Shown: positions 1 to 13,499, numbered from the stretch's first letter. The stretch is DNA of 64,000 nucleotides from Octopus bimaculoides (GCF_001194135.2 NC_068988.1:60612677-60676676); one strand, 5' to 3'. A program made the numbers and translations. The notes: generated by a model from the letters alone, not told the origin.

Positions 1-34
<34 letters not shown>

Positions 35-3000
35 CGGAAAGAGACAGAGAGACGGAGAGAAAGAAAGAGCGAGAGCGAGCTAAGAGAGAAATAATTCGGA
101 GTGTTCAGTAGCTTAAATTTGGTCAACTGAGATGAAGAAAAATATATTAAATACCACTCAAGAAAAATATGCCTTATTGAAATTATCTCTGCTTCGAGAG
201 GAGCTAAACTAACACCTAGCGACAATTCCAACCGTCTCTGCTTGGGGAATCAGTAATTTTCATGGAATCAACAATTTTATGGAATTAACATGCCATTAAG
301 GAAGAAACAGTTTGTTTTACCCGAAGATAAAGGAGAATTGTGAACACGTGTTTCTACTTCAAAAGGTGTCATTAGCATAGCAGTTGTCCTACTTCCGCTA
401 CAATCAGGCCTAAGACTCAGGTATATGCCAAACGAGTTGAGAAATAGGATAATTTGTATAATTAAAATGAAATAGAGCTTAGAGTAATAATTGTGTGTGT
501 GTATGCATGTATGTGTGTATATGTGTATGGGTGTGTATGTGTGTGTGTGTGTGCGTGCGTGGTACTATTATTTGTTTATTTCATGTCCTTGCACCATCTG
601 GCAACCTTCCTTTTTTTTTGCCCCACTCTATTTTTGTCCCTATACTACATCCGAAAGAATTCCTTTCACGTCCAGACATTTTCACTAAAAAGTATCCCTC
701 TTTGTAAACACGATATTTTCACAGCGTATTTCATTTCATTCCGCAATCATTTCGTTTCACTTCCTAATCTTTTGTCACTTTAATTATTCGAATTGTTAGT
801 GTTAGGGTCAGCTCGACAAGGATATATATATATATATATATATATCTGTGTGTGTGTTTTAAGGCGCAGTTGTTTTGTTTTTTGTTTTTTTTCAGATTTG
901 CGCCTGAGTTTTTTCATGCTGGATGGGGGTCTGTCTAACTATTCCGAGGTTGCAATTCTCAATTATGTTGCTGAAATATTATTGAGTAATATTCCTCTCC
1001 TCACTCCTGCTTCTTACTTCCGTTGGCGTTACGACCTTGATTATTATAATAATAGTGTAAGACACCTCCAACCGAATATCTAGAAACATGATAGTTACTC
1101 TTGAATAGGTTCATTAATAAGGTTTATAGCTTGTGATGACGCCGCCGCCGCCGTTGACAATGATGAGGATGATGTTGATGAGTGTGGTGATGATAATGAA
1201 TGATGATTTCTTACAGAAGCACAAGGTCACACGTTTTGGGTGAGGAAGGAATAGTGAATTATATCAACACTCAACACTTGACTCGTTTCCAAGGCGCATT
1301 TACGTATGACTTTACCAGCTAGAAATATCAACTAAAATCCCCTCAAATCATACACTATCGTCTTTTATTTTTTTTTTTTTAAGGCATTAGATGATCAAAT
1401 CCTGGGTATACATTGCCCACAGTACTTATCTTACATTTACTCGCTCAGAGCTGACCTGAAACAAAACAACAACATCGGAAAAGGATGGAATGAAAAGTTG
1501 TCCATCACAGGATTTGGACTTAGATCATAAAAAGACCAGTTTTTTTTTTTCAATTTATTCATAATAATCTTCTTTAATGGCCACAAGGTCCCATACATAC
1601 AATACAAAATCTATATTATAAAGGAAGTCTGTCAAACATGCTGGTATAAATACATATATATATGAAATAATTCATTTTTTTCTAACAGTTGAACTCGAAA
1701 TAGAAAAACCTTAAAATAATTGCGTGTAAATATTGTGTTAAAAAAAAAAAGAACCTTTTGATTAGAAAAACTCGAAGGTCCCTTTTTTTTTATTTGTTAT
1801 TCTTCTTTTACTGGGTGTACCCTGATTGCTGTTTTTGTGTCGCCATGTTAAAATGTGATAGAACAAGAAAAACCAGAATTCTTCTAATAAACTGTCATTT
1901 GGCCCTAAAGGGCTATTTCTGCCCAAAACCCCCAATTAATATACCTTTGTTCTGCAATAGTATGCACACATTTTCCATGTTTCAAAGCAGTTAGTAAATT
2001 CTAATTTGCAAAACCCAAAATTACACGTCTTGACATTGCCAGAAATAACAGCAATAACAAAAAAAAGGCTTCTAATTTAGGCATGAGGCCATCAATTTTA
2101 AGGGTAAGCAGTTGGTTGACCCCAGTACAAGACTGGTACTTTAATTCCCCGACATCAGAAAAAGAAAAAGTAAAGTTGACCTCGGCAGTATTTGAAATCA
2201 GAACGTAAAGAGTCATAACAAATTCTGCACCCGTACATGGCATTTTTGTTAGACGCTTTATCGATTCTACCACCACTACCACCAACGACAACAACAACAA
2301 CAACAACAACCATAATGATAATTGTTTCTAATTTAGGTACAATTCGTGAAAGTGATACAAACTGATACTTAATATCATCGGCCCCTAAAGGATAAGAGGC
2401 GGAGCTGATCTCAGCAGGATTTGAACACGAAACGTTAGAGAGCCGGAAGAAATGCCGCTAAGCATTTTGTCCGACTCTCTTACGGTTCTACCAATGCATC
2501 GCCCTGTGATAATTGTGTTTTTTTTTTTGTTTTTACTTTAGACACAAGGTCAGCAATTTGGATCTTTTTTAAAACGGGGGCCACATTTTTCATTAACGAA
2601 ACACTTTGAAACTTGGAACACTGGTAGAATGTGTCATATAAAACATCTTTTTCTCTTAGTCTTCTTTAAAAAAAAAGAAATCCCTAAGTTATTCCATGTT
2701 AAAGTTGTCGTATTTCTGTAATTTCAACCAATCACTGACGTCCATTCAGCCGATATACATTAAGTGCCGACTACATAAACAAACGATTCTGAAACAATTC
2801 TATCGGTGATAGGGTTAGGGTAAAACAGCAAATTTAAAAAGAAAANNNNNNNNNNNNNNNNNNNNNNNNNNNNNNNNNNNNNNNNNNNNNNNNNNNNNNN
2901 NNNNNNNNNNNNNNNNNNNNNNNNNNNNNNNNNNNNNNNNNNNNNNNNNNNNNNNNNNNNNNNNNNNNNNNNNNNNNNNNNNNNNNNNACTTATGCTTTA

Positions 3001-3251
3001 TGGTAGTTCTTTTTTTTTCTTTGCTTTTGTGAAAAATACATTCTGCGTTCAAATCCCGCCAAAGTGATGAATTTTGTCTTTTGACCTCTGAGGCCGACAA
3101 AATAATGTACCAGTCACATACTGGAGTCGATGTAATTGACTAACTTCTCCCTCCAACATTTTTGGCCTTGTGCTTGCATTAGAAACATAATTATTGTTGT
3201 TGTTGTTGGAAGAATTGCTAGAATTTCGGCAGAATATCTTGCATCGTAAGT

Positions 3252-3495
3252 GGAAGCGCATGGTTTGGTGGTTAGGATATTAGTCTCATGATCGTAAGAT
3301 TGTGGTTTCGATTCTTGGACCGGGCGATGCGTTGTGTTCTTGAGAAAAACACTTCATTTCGCGTTGCTCCAGTCCACTCAGCTGGTAAAAATGAGTTAAT
3401 CCTGCGATGGACCGGCGTCCCTTCCAAGATTATATACGCCACTAAAACCGGGAAAACCGGCCCTTATGAGCCTGGCGTGGCTCGCGAAGGAAACA
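3252..3495 (+). mobile_element. tRNA-derived SINE, family E (CORE-like middle)
   Basis: Pol III A/B-box head, gtgttcttgagaaaaacacttc...gctccagtccactcagctg middle; second copy on minus at 10324-10560. Confidence 0.75.
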
Positions 3496-4603
3496 TTTCT
3501 TTTTTTTTTATTATTTACCTTGCAGCATATCTTCCAGTTCTTTACATTCTGATTTCAAAAACTGCCGAAGTCAGTTTCTCCTTTCATCTTTTCAGAGTTG
3601 ATAATATAAAATAAATTACCAGTCAAGACCTGGGGTCGATGTAATCGACAAGCAATCACTACGCGAAATTGATCTTGAAGTAGAAATCGTAATTTTAGTG
3701 GTGTTAGTCACTGGACTGTGTCCGTGTTGGAGCATAGCATTTAAGAGTTTGAAATCAACCCTAGAATTTTACCTGAAGCTTATTCGAAGCACTAATGCGT
3801 TTTTACCATCTCATGCCGTCTTGATTCTGGGTTCAGTCCCGCTGGGAAACAGAAACTTGTGAAGTCTGTTGTCCATACATACATAATACATACATAAACA
3901 CACACAGGCACGCACATACAAAAGAAATCAACCAGCTAACGCGCACATTACAATCTCTAAGTGGAACAATAAAAGTATGCAAAACTTTTGTCAAGTTCAA
4001 AATGTGAAATTGATTTTGTTACCTACATCCCAATGATGGAGCTTTGTATCTTTGTTAGAAAACAGCTTCCTTTTAGCAAGAAGACTTCAAATTATTTAAA
4101 GCAAAAGAGCGCATATATACATACAAGTCGGTCGTATACGTGTATCTTTCGTCAATGTATATTGGCAAATAATGCAAACATCGGTGAGAAAATCAGAAAA
4201 AAAATTAGTGCTTTTAAAAGAAAAAACCCTTTAATTAAGGGTCTTTCTTTAAAAAGTATCTGTTCCACTTTGAGTTCCACAAACCCGTATTCGTCACTCT
4301 CTCCGCCAGAAATGCAGTGTTCCGGTAATTGGTGCTTCGGAAGCTTGTAGCCAACGACATTGTAGTTAACCAAATACGATAAGAAGTCGAATATAGAGTA
4401 AAGGCGTTCGTTGATCCACTGTAGAATTGAACGCGGAACTTTGTGGCTGTGAAGCTAGGTCCTTAACTGGACAGTCACGCCTGCGCCTTTAAAAATTATA
4501 TTAAATTTAGGTTTGTTTTCAAGTATATAATTAGGACTGACATTGATGTGGATGGATGAGCTGAAAGGGAACACTGAGATATATTAAGTGTTTCAGAGTG
4601 CGT

Positions 4604-4641
<38 letters not shown>

Positions 4642-5989
4642 GAAAGAAATATGTCAAAATTAAAAATGTCATCATGATGGTTTAATGATTAGTCTATAGG
4701 AACAAGCAATGAAATTTGATTCAGTTGAATTCAGAATTTAGTATTTAGGAGAGATGTGCCCTTTACCGATTTTAATTTGTTTACCATTTCAGGCATCATG
4801 CTAATGAGTTTTTGATATTGTTTCCTGGGAAATGTCCACCTAAGATGCGATGTAAATGCTTCCTAAGGCATTGTAGCAGCAACTGTTCTGTTCGCTAACC
4901 ATATACTAACAGAGAGAATACACTTTCAGAGAACTTAGTCAGACTTAAACTGGATGCTGTTGATTTCTTGTTTTCCTTGGATCATCGAATTAAGTGATGC
5001 GAAATTAATTTTTAGATTTTGTTCTCTTAAATGCTTAGTTTGAGATTAACGATAGCTGAAAAAACAGAATATCGGTCAGCCAATTCAAAGGTCGGAAGTT
5101 CACACTTTGACTATTCTCCACTATGGTGTAACTGGTGTGTGTCATCTGTCACAGTTTTCGAGTTTGTAGCTGCTCTCCGGGAGCTCGAAGCCTTATACAG
5201 GCTTATAAAGTAGACTTGAAAGTGCTGCCACCATAAAAGCGTTGTCCTCGAAGATCCCTAGCTACGCTACTGCCCACTACATTGTGTCCGAGGTCACAAC
5301 AGCCCTCTTTACAGTAATTCAACATATTTCCCATTTCTTCAATAAAGGCTCTACCCGAACTATTGAAATTCCCTGTTTCCATGGAACTTATTAAATTTTA
5401 ATTCGGTTTTGTATTTGGTTTGCGAGTTTCTTGATGTGAATTCGTGTGTTGAAACAAATTTTATTGTGACTTGGGAGTGTCCTTACGCCAATATTGGAGC
5501 GAGAGTGAAAGTCACTAAGTCACTGAAAAGACCGCGAAAAGCGACGAAAGAAGTTCGACTAACAAAAAGCCGATTGATTGTTTAACCAGCACATTAAGCA
5601 AACGATCGATTAGTTAGTTGGTCAGATATTTATATATAATTGACTAACAATAAAGAAGTGGTATTATACCTGTGCGTGTGTTATGATTATTGGTGTAATA
5701 ACTATCCTAAGACAACAAAATTATTAAATTTTATGATCTGTATTAATTGACTTTTACCAATACAGACCATCACTTATTTCCTTGGGCTCAAGTTTTTATT
5801 TTTGTGCTTTATTTTGAATGCTCAAGTTGCCGTTGCTATAAGTATTACTTTAGCGCTAGATTCACCACGATAAGCTTTAGGAACAACACTGTAAAACAGT
5901 GTGCAACTTTTCCTGAGAATATGGAGTAAGGCAGTTAAAAAATTAGTGAAAAGGGAACCGTTTAAGTCAGGGTAGTCACTAGAACATGC

Positions 5990-6700
5990 TACTTGTAGGA
6001 CTGAGTTAAAGGCTTGTAATGTCTGAAAGTTCTGAAGGTTTTATGTATGTAGAACGAAATTCTTTTCGAATGTTCGTTGAGGATTTTCTTGGCGAAAAAA
6101 AAAAGCGTGTATATATTTTCGGTGGTGCAGCGGTTGCAGGGTCTATAATTTACGAGGTATCGATTCGTCTTTGATGAGATGTTCCATCCTAGGTTGATAT
6201 TCCATATTTCTAGATTCCACATCCCAGATGTAACTGGAAAGTGGAGTGTCGTTCCTTCACATTGGGTTTCAGACTATATAAGCATGTTGATTAAGGAATA
6301 GTGTGAGAGAATTAGAGGTAAGACCGATATATTGTCTTAGAAGAGCAGCTTTTGCATACTGTACATTAAGAAACGATATGTTTTCGCTGAACAGTTGGAA
6401 TTTAGTATAGAAGTTTTAGTGTGGAGACAGTTGCAGTTATTGACTTTAAAGATAAATAGATTAGCGTTAGGTTGGTTCAGTTTAGAGAGGTTAGAAGAAG
6501 TGAGTAGTTGCGAACAGTGTGGGTGTAGAAGAATAACAGATTTTAATATTTCCGTTGAACATTTGGTAACATTTATACCATGTTGTGAAATGTTTCATGA
6601 GTACTTGTGCAATAGGTGTGGTAACTGCTACATTAATTGGAGGATTAAAACAACTTATATTTCTTTTCCAATTTCTGTTTCTAATTCCATGCTTGACTGA
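5990..6700 (-). mobile_element. Decayed Penelope-like retroelement, linker plus GIY-YIG endonuclease region
   Basis: Minus-strand frameshifted peptides RNWKRNI..NPP, NCNC, RQYIGLTSNS, DTPLSSYIWDV and CNRCTTEN occur in the order expected for the PLE C-terminus. Confidence 0.8.
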
Positions 6701-7883
6701 CCTAGTTGGTTCTTCAGCAGCATTTTTTTCTAAATACCTTCTCGCTCCACTCTATAATACCTAAACGTAAGCTGTAAACGATTCATAAATATGAATTTTA
6801 ACAGTCATATTTTTTTTATTAAGCCGCTCTTCCGACCAAATTCATCCGCTTCACCCTACCGAAATTATGCCTTCACTTCGTTTTTGGGTTCATTTTCCCG
6901 TCTCCTTCTCCCTACGGATTTTCCTTCATTGTTTCTGAAGAATTCCAAAGGATTGTTACACATTTATGAACCCGTAAACTAACGAATAGATAACACTAAT
7001 TTTGGAAGTATTGAGTACTTTATTTAGTTTCTAATTGATCTTGCTATAAGCAGAGCCTGTACACACAAACACACACCCATACACATCCACACACATATAC
7101 TACGTATGTACATGTATAAATACGTAAATGCATGCGTATGCTTATACGTATGTGGATAAGTGTATGTGTGTGTGTGTGTGCATGCATATGCGTATTAATA
7201 TGTATTTGTGTATTTTGCTTTCCAGTTAAAACCACAATTTAAAGCACAGTACACACACACTCACACACACACACACACTCACACACACTCACACACACAT
7301 ATATGGGCTGTGTGGCACGGTATGAAGATGTTGTGGGCGTCTTAACTGCCACGATTTGCATCATCCTCGTATAATGTTATTACAGATCTATAGTCTTTAA
7401 ACACAGCTGTTGATGTTCATACCATAAGTACACTATTGCCAAAAGTTCAGATTCCACTGTTGCTATAAATGGGAGCTAAACAAGCAACCACAAGAAGAAA
7501 CCATCTCGAGTTGTAGTCAATGAAGCTAAACCCCATCTTGTAGCCGTGGAATAGAACAGCAACCAACCTCACATGCAGCTATCGGAATAGGAGCGACATT
7601 GTTTTATAAACTAGAAATATTCCTTAACTTTGTATTTTGTTGCTGTTTTGGCTGTTACTGGTGATGTTGTCGCAGTTGTTATTGTTGTTTGATGTTGTTG
7701 TTGCTGTCGTTGTTTTATTGGTTTTACACGCAAGTGCTTTTATAATTCCAGCTCCCACTGGAAAGTTCGCGCTCTCTCCTCGTTTACTTCTACGTTTTTC
7801 CTTACCGTTCTTCTTATTCATTTTCATCTGTGCGTATTCCCTCTGCTGCTTCATTCAGTTTCCCCCTCGTCCTCGTCCTCCCT

Positions 7884-8335
7884 TTCTTCTTCTTCTTCTT
7901 CTTCTTCTTCTTCTTCTTCTTCTTCTTCTTCTTCTTTTTTCTCTTTCTTCTTCTTCTTCTTCTTCTTCTTCTTTTTCTTCTTCTTCTTCTTCTTCTTCTT
8001 CTTCTTCTTCTTCTTCTTTTCTTCTTTTTTCTCTTTCTTCTTCTTCTTCTTCTTCTTCTTCTTTTTCTTTTTCTTCTTCTTCTTCTTCTTCTTCTTCTTC
8101 TTCTTCTTCTTCTTCTTCTTCTTCTTCTTCAGCACCACCTTCATTACCACCACCACCACCATCATCAAAATTCTCAGCTTCTTTCTTCATCCCTTCCTCC
8201 TCATCATGTTATTGCAATGTCATTTTCATGTTGAATCATCAAAATCATCATCATCATCATCATTACCATCATCATCGTCATCATTATCATCATCATTATC
8301 ATCATCATCATCAACATCATCGTCGTCGTCGTCGT
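7884..8335. repeat. (TTC)n tract followed by (CAC)/(CAT)n tracts
   Basis: Directly visible trinucleotide runs, 7884-8130 and about 8245-8335. Confidence 0.95.
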
Positions 8336-8440
8336 CAAAGTTTATTTTTGCTAAACTAACTAAATATTTTTAAATACGTCTCCATTCACTCTCCTCCCCC
8401 TCCTCCTCCTCCTCTCACTCTTTTTCTCTTCTCATTACAG

Positions 8441-8505
8441 GGTACTGGATTATAATCGTGCTGTTATTCATTGCTATTGTTGTTGTGGCTGCCGTTCCCA
8501 CCTAA
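8441..8505 (+). CDS. STX8: Last coding exon of a tail-anchored SNARE, probably syntaxin-8 (GG+YWIIIVLLFIAIVVVAAVPT*); upstream exons lie before the window
   Basis: Acceptor tttttctcttctcattacag|; phase-1 start; 20-residue hydrophobic C-terminal anchor ending PT-stop (TAA 8503-8505), resembling from memory the human STX8 tail GMIMVILLLLVAIVVVAVWPTN. The exon continues as UTR to a strong donor CAG|GTAGGT at 8558/8559. No penultimate exon found in 1-8440. Confidence 0.72.
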
Positions 8506-9483
8506 CTTGCCAGCCGATGATGCGGCGTGGGAGTGGGTACCCTTATCTTTCCAGCCAGGTAGGTTGCATTTGTCAATTAAAATTAATATCACATTACTAA
8601 CTTTATTTTTGGAGAGTTACTTTTAAAACAAACTTAAGTTACGACATTCTTCACGAAAGATTTCTTTTTCAAACCGCCCCCACCACCATCGAGACAACAA
8701 GTATCACCACCATCGGCTTCATCACCATCGGCTTCATCACCATCATTATAACAAGTACCACCATCAGCAACATCACCATCCTCACAACAAATGCTACAAT
8801 CACCACCATCACCAAGAGCACCACCACCACCACCACCATTGCCACTATCATCACAAGTACCACTACTACAACCACATCACCACCATAACCACCACCATCT
8901 CCAACACTACCACTAGCAGAACCATTACCACGACCATGACCACCACCACCAATATATCTGCCACATCAAAGAAACAGTTATTAAAAAGATGAATAAANNN
9001 NNNNNNNNNNNNNNNNNNNNNNNNNNNNNNNNNNNNNNNNNNNNNNNNNNNNNNNNNNNNNNNNNNNNNNNNNNNNNNNNNNNNNNNNNNNNNNNNNNNN
9101 NNNNNNNNNNNNNNNNNNNNNNNNNNNNNNNNNNNNNNNNNNNNNNNNNNNNNNNNNNNNNNNNNNNNNNNNNNNNNNNNNNNNNNNNNNNNNNNNNNNN
9201 NNNNNNNNNNNNNNNNNNNNNNNNNNNNNNNNNNNNNNNNNNNNNNNNNNNNNNNNNNNNNNNNNNNNNNNNNNNNNNNNNNNNNNNNNNNNNNNNNNNN
9301 NNNNNNNNNNNNNNNNNNNNNNNNNNNNNNNNNNNNNNNNNNNNNNNNTTTCATTCATGTGTGTTAACTGCAGCATTATAGCATTTTAGCTCGTATTTCT
9401 AGCAATGTAGGTGTTTCTTAACACCCTGGTCACGTTCAGTGACAATTATAATTCTCCTTTTTGGTGAAACATAGCAACTTGCT

Positions 9484-9526
<43 letters not shown>

Positions 9527-9533
9527 AGAGAAG

Positions 9534-9774
9534 GAATGGAGTAGATAATATTCTGGCTACATATGCTTCATAGCGAGCAGAACCTGGGAAGTGGTAAATA
9601 TTCAAGCGAGGTGCATACCGCCGGCTACTCTTCAAGCCAAGGGTATCTTTCATTTAATCAAGATATCCTTGCCCCGAAGAGTAGCTTGCGGTATACACCT
9701 CGCTTGGTTTTTACCACTACCGAAGTTCTGCTCGTTATGAAACATATGTAGCCCGGATCTTATCTACTCCATTC
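9534..9774. mobile_element. Foldback (palindromic) MITE-like element
   Basis: Arms 9534-9648 and 9661-9774 are reverse complements at roughly 80-85% identity by eye, with a 12-nt spacer; adjacent to a (TA)n tract. Confidence 0.7.
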
Positions 9775-10092
9775 TGTAACTCTTGTATTCTTATTCACAC
9801 ACTCGGCAATCCTCGTTGCCTACCGTGAAATATAAAAAAAAAAGACTTTTTCAATTTATCGTAATTCGGTAAGAAAAAAATCCACAACCTTTCATCTCAA
9901 TAAACCACTATTGCCCCTGAAGGTCTTTTGTTATATTTACTACGGTTTGCTTGAAGCTAACCTTCTTCCTACGTCTCGATCCTTGGATCTTATATATATT
10001 TGATTAAAATATGTTTTTTTTTAGCATTCATGCTTTCTTTGGGCATATTTGAATATATCATGATCATTCCCTAGACATACTGTCTTGAGTCT

Positions 10093-10308
10093 AAGGTGGC
10101 GAGCTGGCAGAAGTGTTAGCATGCCGGGCAAAATGCTTAGCGGCATTTCGTCTATTTTTACGTTCTGAGTTCAAATTCCGCCGAGTTTGACTTTGCCTTT
10201 CATCCTTTCGGGGTCGATAAATTAAGTACCGGCTGTGTACTGGTGTCGATCTAATCGACTAGCCCCCTCTCCCAAAATTTCGGGCATTGTGCCTAGAGTA
10301 GAAAAGAT
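10093..10308 (+). mobile_element. SINE family B (ggcggcgagctggcagaa head) with 15-bp TSD
   Basis: TSD tactgtcttgagtct at 10078-10092 and 10309-10323. Other copies or fragments at about 2070-2270(-), 2325-2500(-), 3040-3185(+), 16143-16258(+), 21740-21945(-), 31590-31980(-), 36850-36983(+), 47235-47550(-) and 55405-55812(-). Confidence 0.85.
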
Positions 10309-10323
10309 TACTGTCTTGAGTCT

Positions 10324-10560
10324 TATGACTCATAGGGCCGGTTACCCGGTATTCATGACACATAAGTTACTAAGATATTAGAACATTTCTTCAGTAAACG
10401 ATTCCAGTCCGTCGCAGGTTTAATTATTTAGAGCTGAATGGACTGGAGCGACAGGAAGTGACGTATTTTGTTCAAGAACATAACGCGCTTTCTGATCTCG
10501 GAATCGAAGCCACGAATTTGCGATCGTGAGCGCAAAACCATAACCATTAGTCCAGCATTT
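10324..10560 (-). mobile_element. SINE family E copy
   Basis: Reverse-complement similarity to 3252-3495 (head, CORE-like middle, accggccc(t)tatgag tail). Confidence 0.65.
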
Positions 10561-11029
10561 GGATACAAAAGAAAGAAGAATAACTTGACGCAGGAATAGA
10601 AGAGGTGTAGCAATGAAAGCATTTCTGTCGAGACCATCCTGTTTTCCTAGAAAGAGTAATTTTTTTTTTCTATTGAAATGTGTCTTTTTTAAAAAAAAAC
10701 TACTGTATAAATAAAGGTAATATTTTAGACTAGAGATCGATAACAGCATGTGAACTCACTTTTCTACGAGTTAAATTCTTATTGTACTCATACGCCATAT
10801 TATGAAATATTTCATCTGTTTCGTGATGCGGCCTTAGGATTTAATTAGTATTTCACTCATTCACAGAGTTTCCTCGTAAAGAAAATACCAAACAAGACCC
10901 ACTGTCTTTCAAGTTTCAGCTTGCAGCTCTGTTAATTTGATAGCAACTTATTTCGGCTCTGGCATGTATTTGTACTGTTCCAATAGATGAGATATATATA
11001 TATATATATATATATATAGAAGTGGTCTT

Positions 11030-11330
11030 TGAATATTGAAATGCCACATTGTGCTGCCGGTGTAACATCGATTACATTTGTTGCATTGTATCTGGGTAAC
11101 CATGTGAGCTCGCAGGAGATATGTCAGATGGTCTGTGGGAGTAGGTTTTTAGGCATCGGAGAGTTGGGGGTAGTGGTGGCGGTGGTGGAGAGTCGTTTCC
11201 TCTATAAGTGTCCGTAAGGAGGAATCAGTGTGGGTCAGTTGTATATAATTTTAATGGAAGTCGGAGCCGAAGTATCGTGAGTGATGTCCGAGTTGCACAC
11301 CGAAATGTCTAACTTGTGGGCCAAATAAGC
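11030..11330 (-). mobile_element. Short Penelope-like GIY-YIG remnant of a different type
   Basis: Minus-strand VTQIQCNKCNRCYTGST resembles the Y.I.C..C...YIG.T motif. Confidence 0.5.
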
Positions 11331-11711
11331 TAGCTTTATTAGACATCACAGACCAATCAACAACAGATAGGCATCCCTACAACAGCACATTTGACATCAC
11401 CTTTCCGTCGCGCACACGTGGCCGTTATCTTACGTAATATACGCCATGCAATGCTTTACAGAGACCCACTTTCTTCACACTTCACTAACATACTTTTCCC
11501 ATCCCATATAGATAAAAAAAAATGTGTCGAACTCAGAGGCGTTTTCTGTTCTACTCTCTCTTTGAAAAAAAAATGATATTTTACCTGAAATGTCGGTTAA
11601 ATAATAATTTCTTTATGTAAAAGTTTAGTGATAGTTCCTTAATTTCAGTGTAGTAGCTTTTTAAATTACTGTTTCTATCCCACAATTCTTGAAGCAAGCT
11701 TCAACAACCTA

Positions 11712-11775
<64 letters not shown>

Positions 11776-12268
11776 GTATAAATGTATGTATGTATGTATG
11801 TTTGTATAATTTGTATAATGTGTATAATATACGCGCGTGCGCATACACACACACACACATACACACACACACAATTGGATACATTGTTAGAGCGTCGAAA
11901 AGAATGCTTTTCGGTATTGATTCGGGATGACTAAAGTCTGGGTTCAAATATTGCAGAAGTTTAGCGGTCAACTTTGTTTTTTATTGTTTTGGAATCGATA
12001 AAAGACGTGTTGTTGTTGTTGTTGTTCTTCTTCTTCTTCTTATTATTATTATTATTATTATTATCATTATTATTATTATTATTNNNNNNNNNNNNNNNNN
12101 NNNNNNNNNNNNNNNNNNNNNNNNNNNNNNNNNNNNNNNNNNNNNNNNNNNNNNNNNNNNNNNNNNNNNNNNNNNNNNNNNNNNNNNNNNNNNNNNNNNN
12201 NNNNNNNNNNNNNNNNNNNNNNNNNNNNNNNNNNNNNNNNNNNNNNNNNNNNNNNNNNNNNNNNNNNN

Positions 12269-12560
12269 AGCACTCCACAGACACGTGTACCCTTAACGTA
12301 GTTCTCGAGGATATTCAGCGTGACACAGTGTGACAAGGCTGACCCTTTGAATTACAGGCACAACAGAAACAGGAAGTAAGAGTGAGTGAAAGTTGTGGTG
12401 GAAGAGTACAGCAGGGTTCGCCACCATCCCCTGCCGGAGCCTCGTGGAGCTTTAGGTGTTTTCGCTCAATAAAGACTCACAACGCCCGGTCTGGGAATCG
12501 AAACCGCGATCCTATGACCGCGAGTCCGCTGCCCTAACCACTGGGCCATTGCGCCTCCAC
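12269..12560 (-). mobile_element. SINE family C (ggaggcgcaatggcccagtgg head), 3' end in gap
   Basis: Reverse complement of the full copy at 33749-34130. Confidence 0.85.
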
Positions 12561-13243
12561 TGACCTAAATATACTGGACTTATTAAACAGCTTACTAATT
12601 GCAACATCAGAATGTATCGAAACGACCGTTTTTCAGTGTCACTTCATAATGACGTCACACTTTAGATACTTTTATAAAGAACCTCACAGTGTAGGGCTTA
12701 GCTTAGATTTCAATACTTACAAACCTTTCCACAAACCAAATGAGGGACTGTATAGATAAACACTTCTGCCTCTACCTCATAGTTTTTAGAAGTTTAAAAA
12801 TATTACTTAGAATATTCTTAATCTGTCTTCATCTAAAAAACTTTTGATAAAGCAGCCCCTTATTCCAAAAGGGCTTTAGTTGGCAGAAGTATTTTGTACT
12901 TTTCCAGAACAGCAATATTAATAATTATCGGGTTTTCCACCTCTCTTTCTAATGTAGGTAAGAAATTTGTGGCCCTTTCAGATAAGCATTTCCCAGCAAA
13001 TCAGAGGTAATGGAAGCTTTTCAACAACAATATTGTCTAAATTAGCTACAACTGTTCCTCTAACATGGGAATACTTATTACCACCCATCTAAACAATCTA
13101 AACTAAACTTTTTTTACTCACTCACACACACACATGTTAAAGATTTTCGTCCAGTACCTTACAGTTTCCACTTTATTTTCTTCCATTGTAAATATAACAG
13201 TGAATTAAATTTAAATTATTTATCTATTTTCTTTCCGTTGCAG

Positions 13244-13425
13244 ATCCACCGACACCGAAGCCGCATCAAGCCCCTACACATTGAACATATATCTATATAT
13301 ATATAAATCGAAACAAAAAAGTTGTAATTTTAATTATTTCCATATTTTTCCATTTTAATATAAGTACCTATGAAATGACTTAACAGTCACGTATTTGTGG
13401 AATAAATCTCTCCAGAAACTTTTAG
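13244..13425 (+). other. STX8: Non-coding terminal (3' UTR) exon of the putative STX8 transcript; 3' end approximate
   Basis: Strong acceptor tatctattttctttccgttgcag|ATCC at 13243/13244, AATAAA at 13401-13406 and a T-rich tract downstream; the best partner I found for the donor at 8559. Confidence 0.55.
13401..13406 (+). terminator. Polyadenylation signal AATAAA
   Basis: Canonical hexamer 157 nt into the terminal exon, followed by a U-rich downstream element. Confidence 0.5.
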
Positions 13426-13499
13426 ACTTTAAAAAATATTTCAGATTTTTGATTTTTTTTTTGTTTCTATTCTTTTTTTTTCTATATATTTTACTTCTT

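Noticed and set aside
4152-4420. Protein-like minus ORF (YKLPKHQLPEHCISGG...)
   Set aside because: It begins in a decayed SINE head, lacks a credible donor and has no recognisable motif.
8441-8558. Second open frame through the STX8 exon (VLDYNRAVIHCYCCCGC...), continuing to a stop in the 13244 exon
   Set aside because: A short open frame is expected by chance in TGT/GTT-rich sequence; the transmembrane frame explains the exon.
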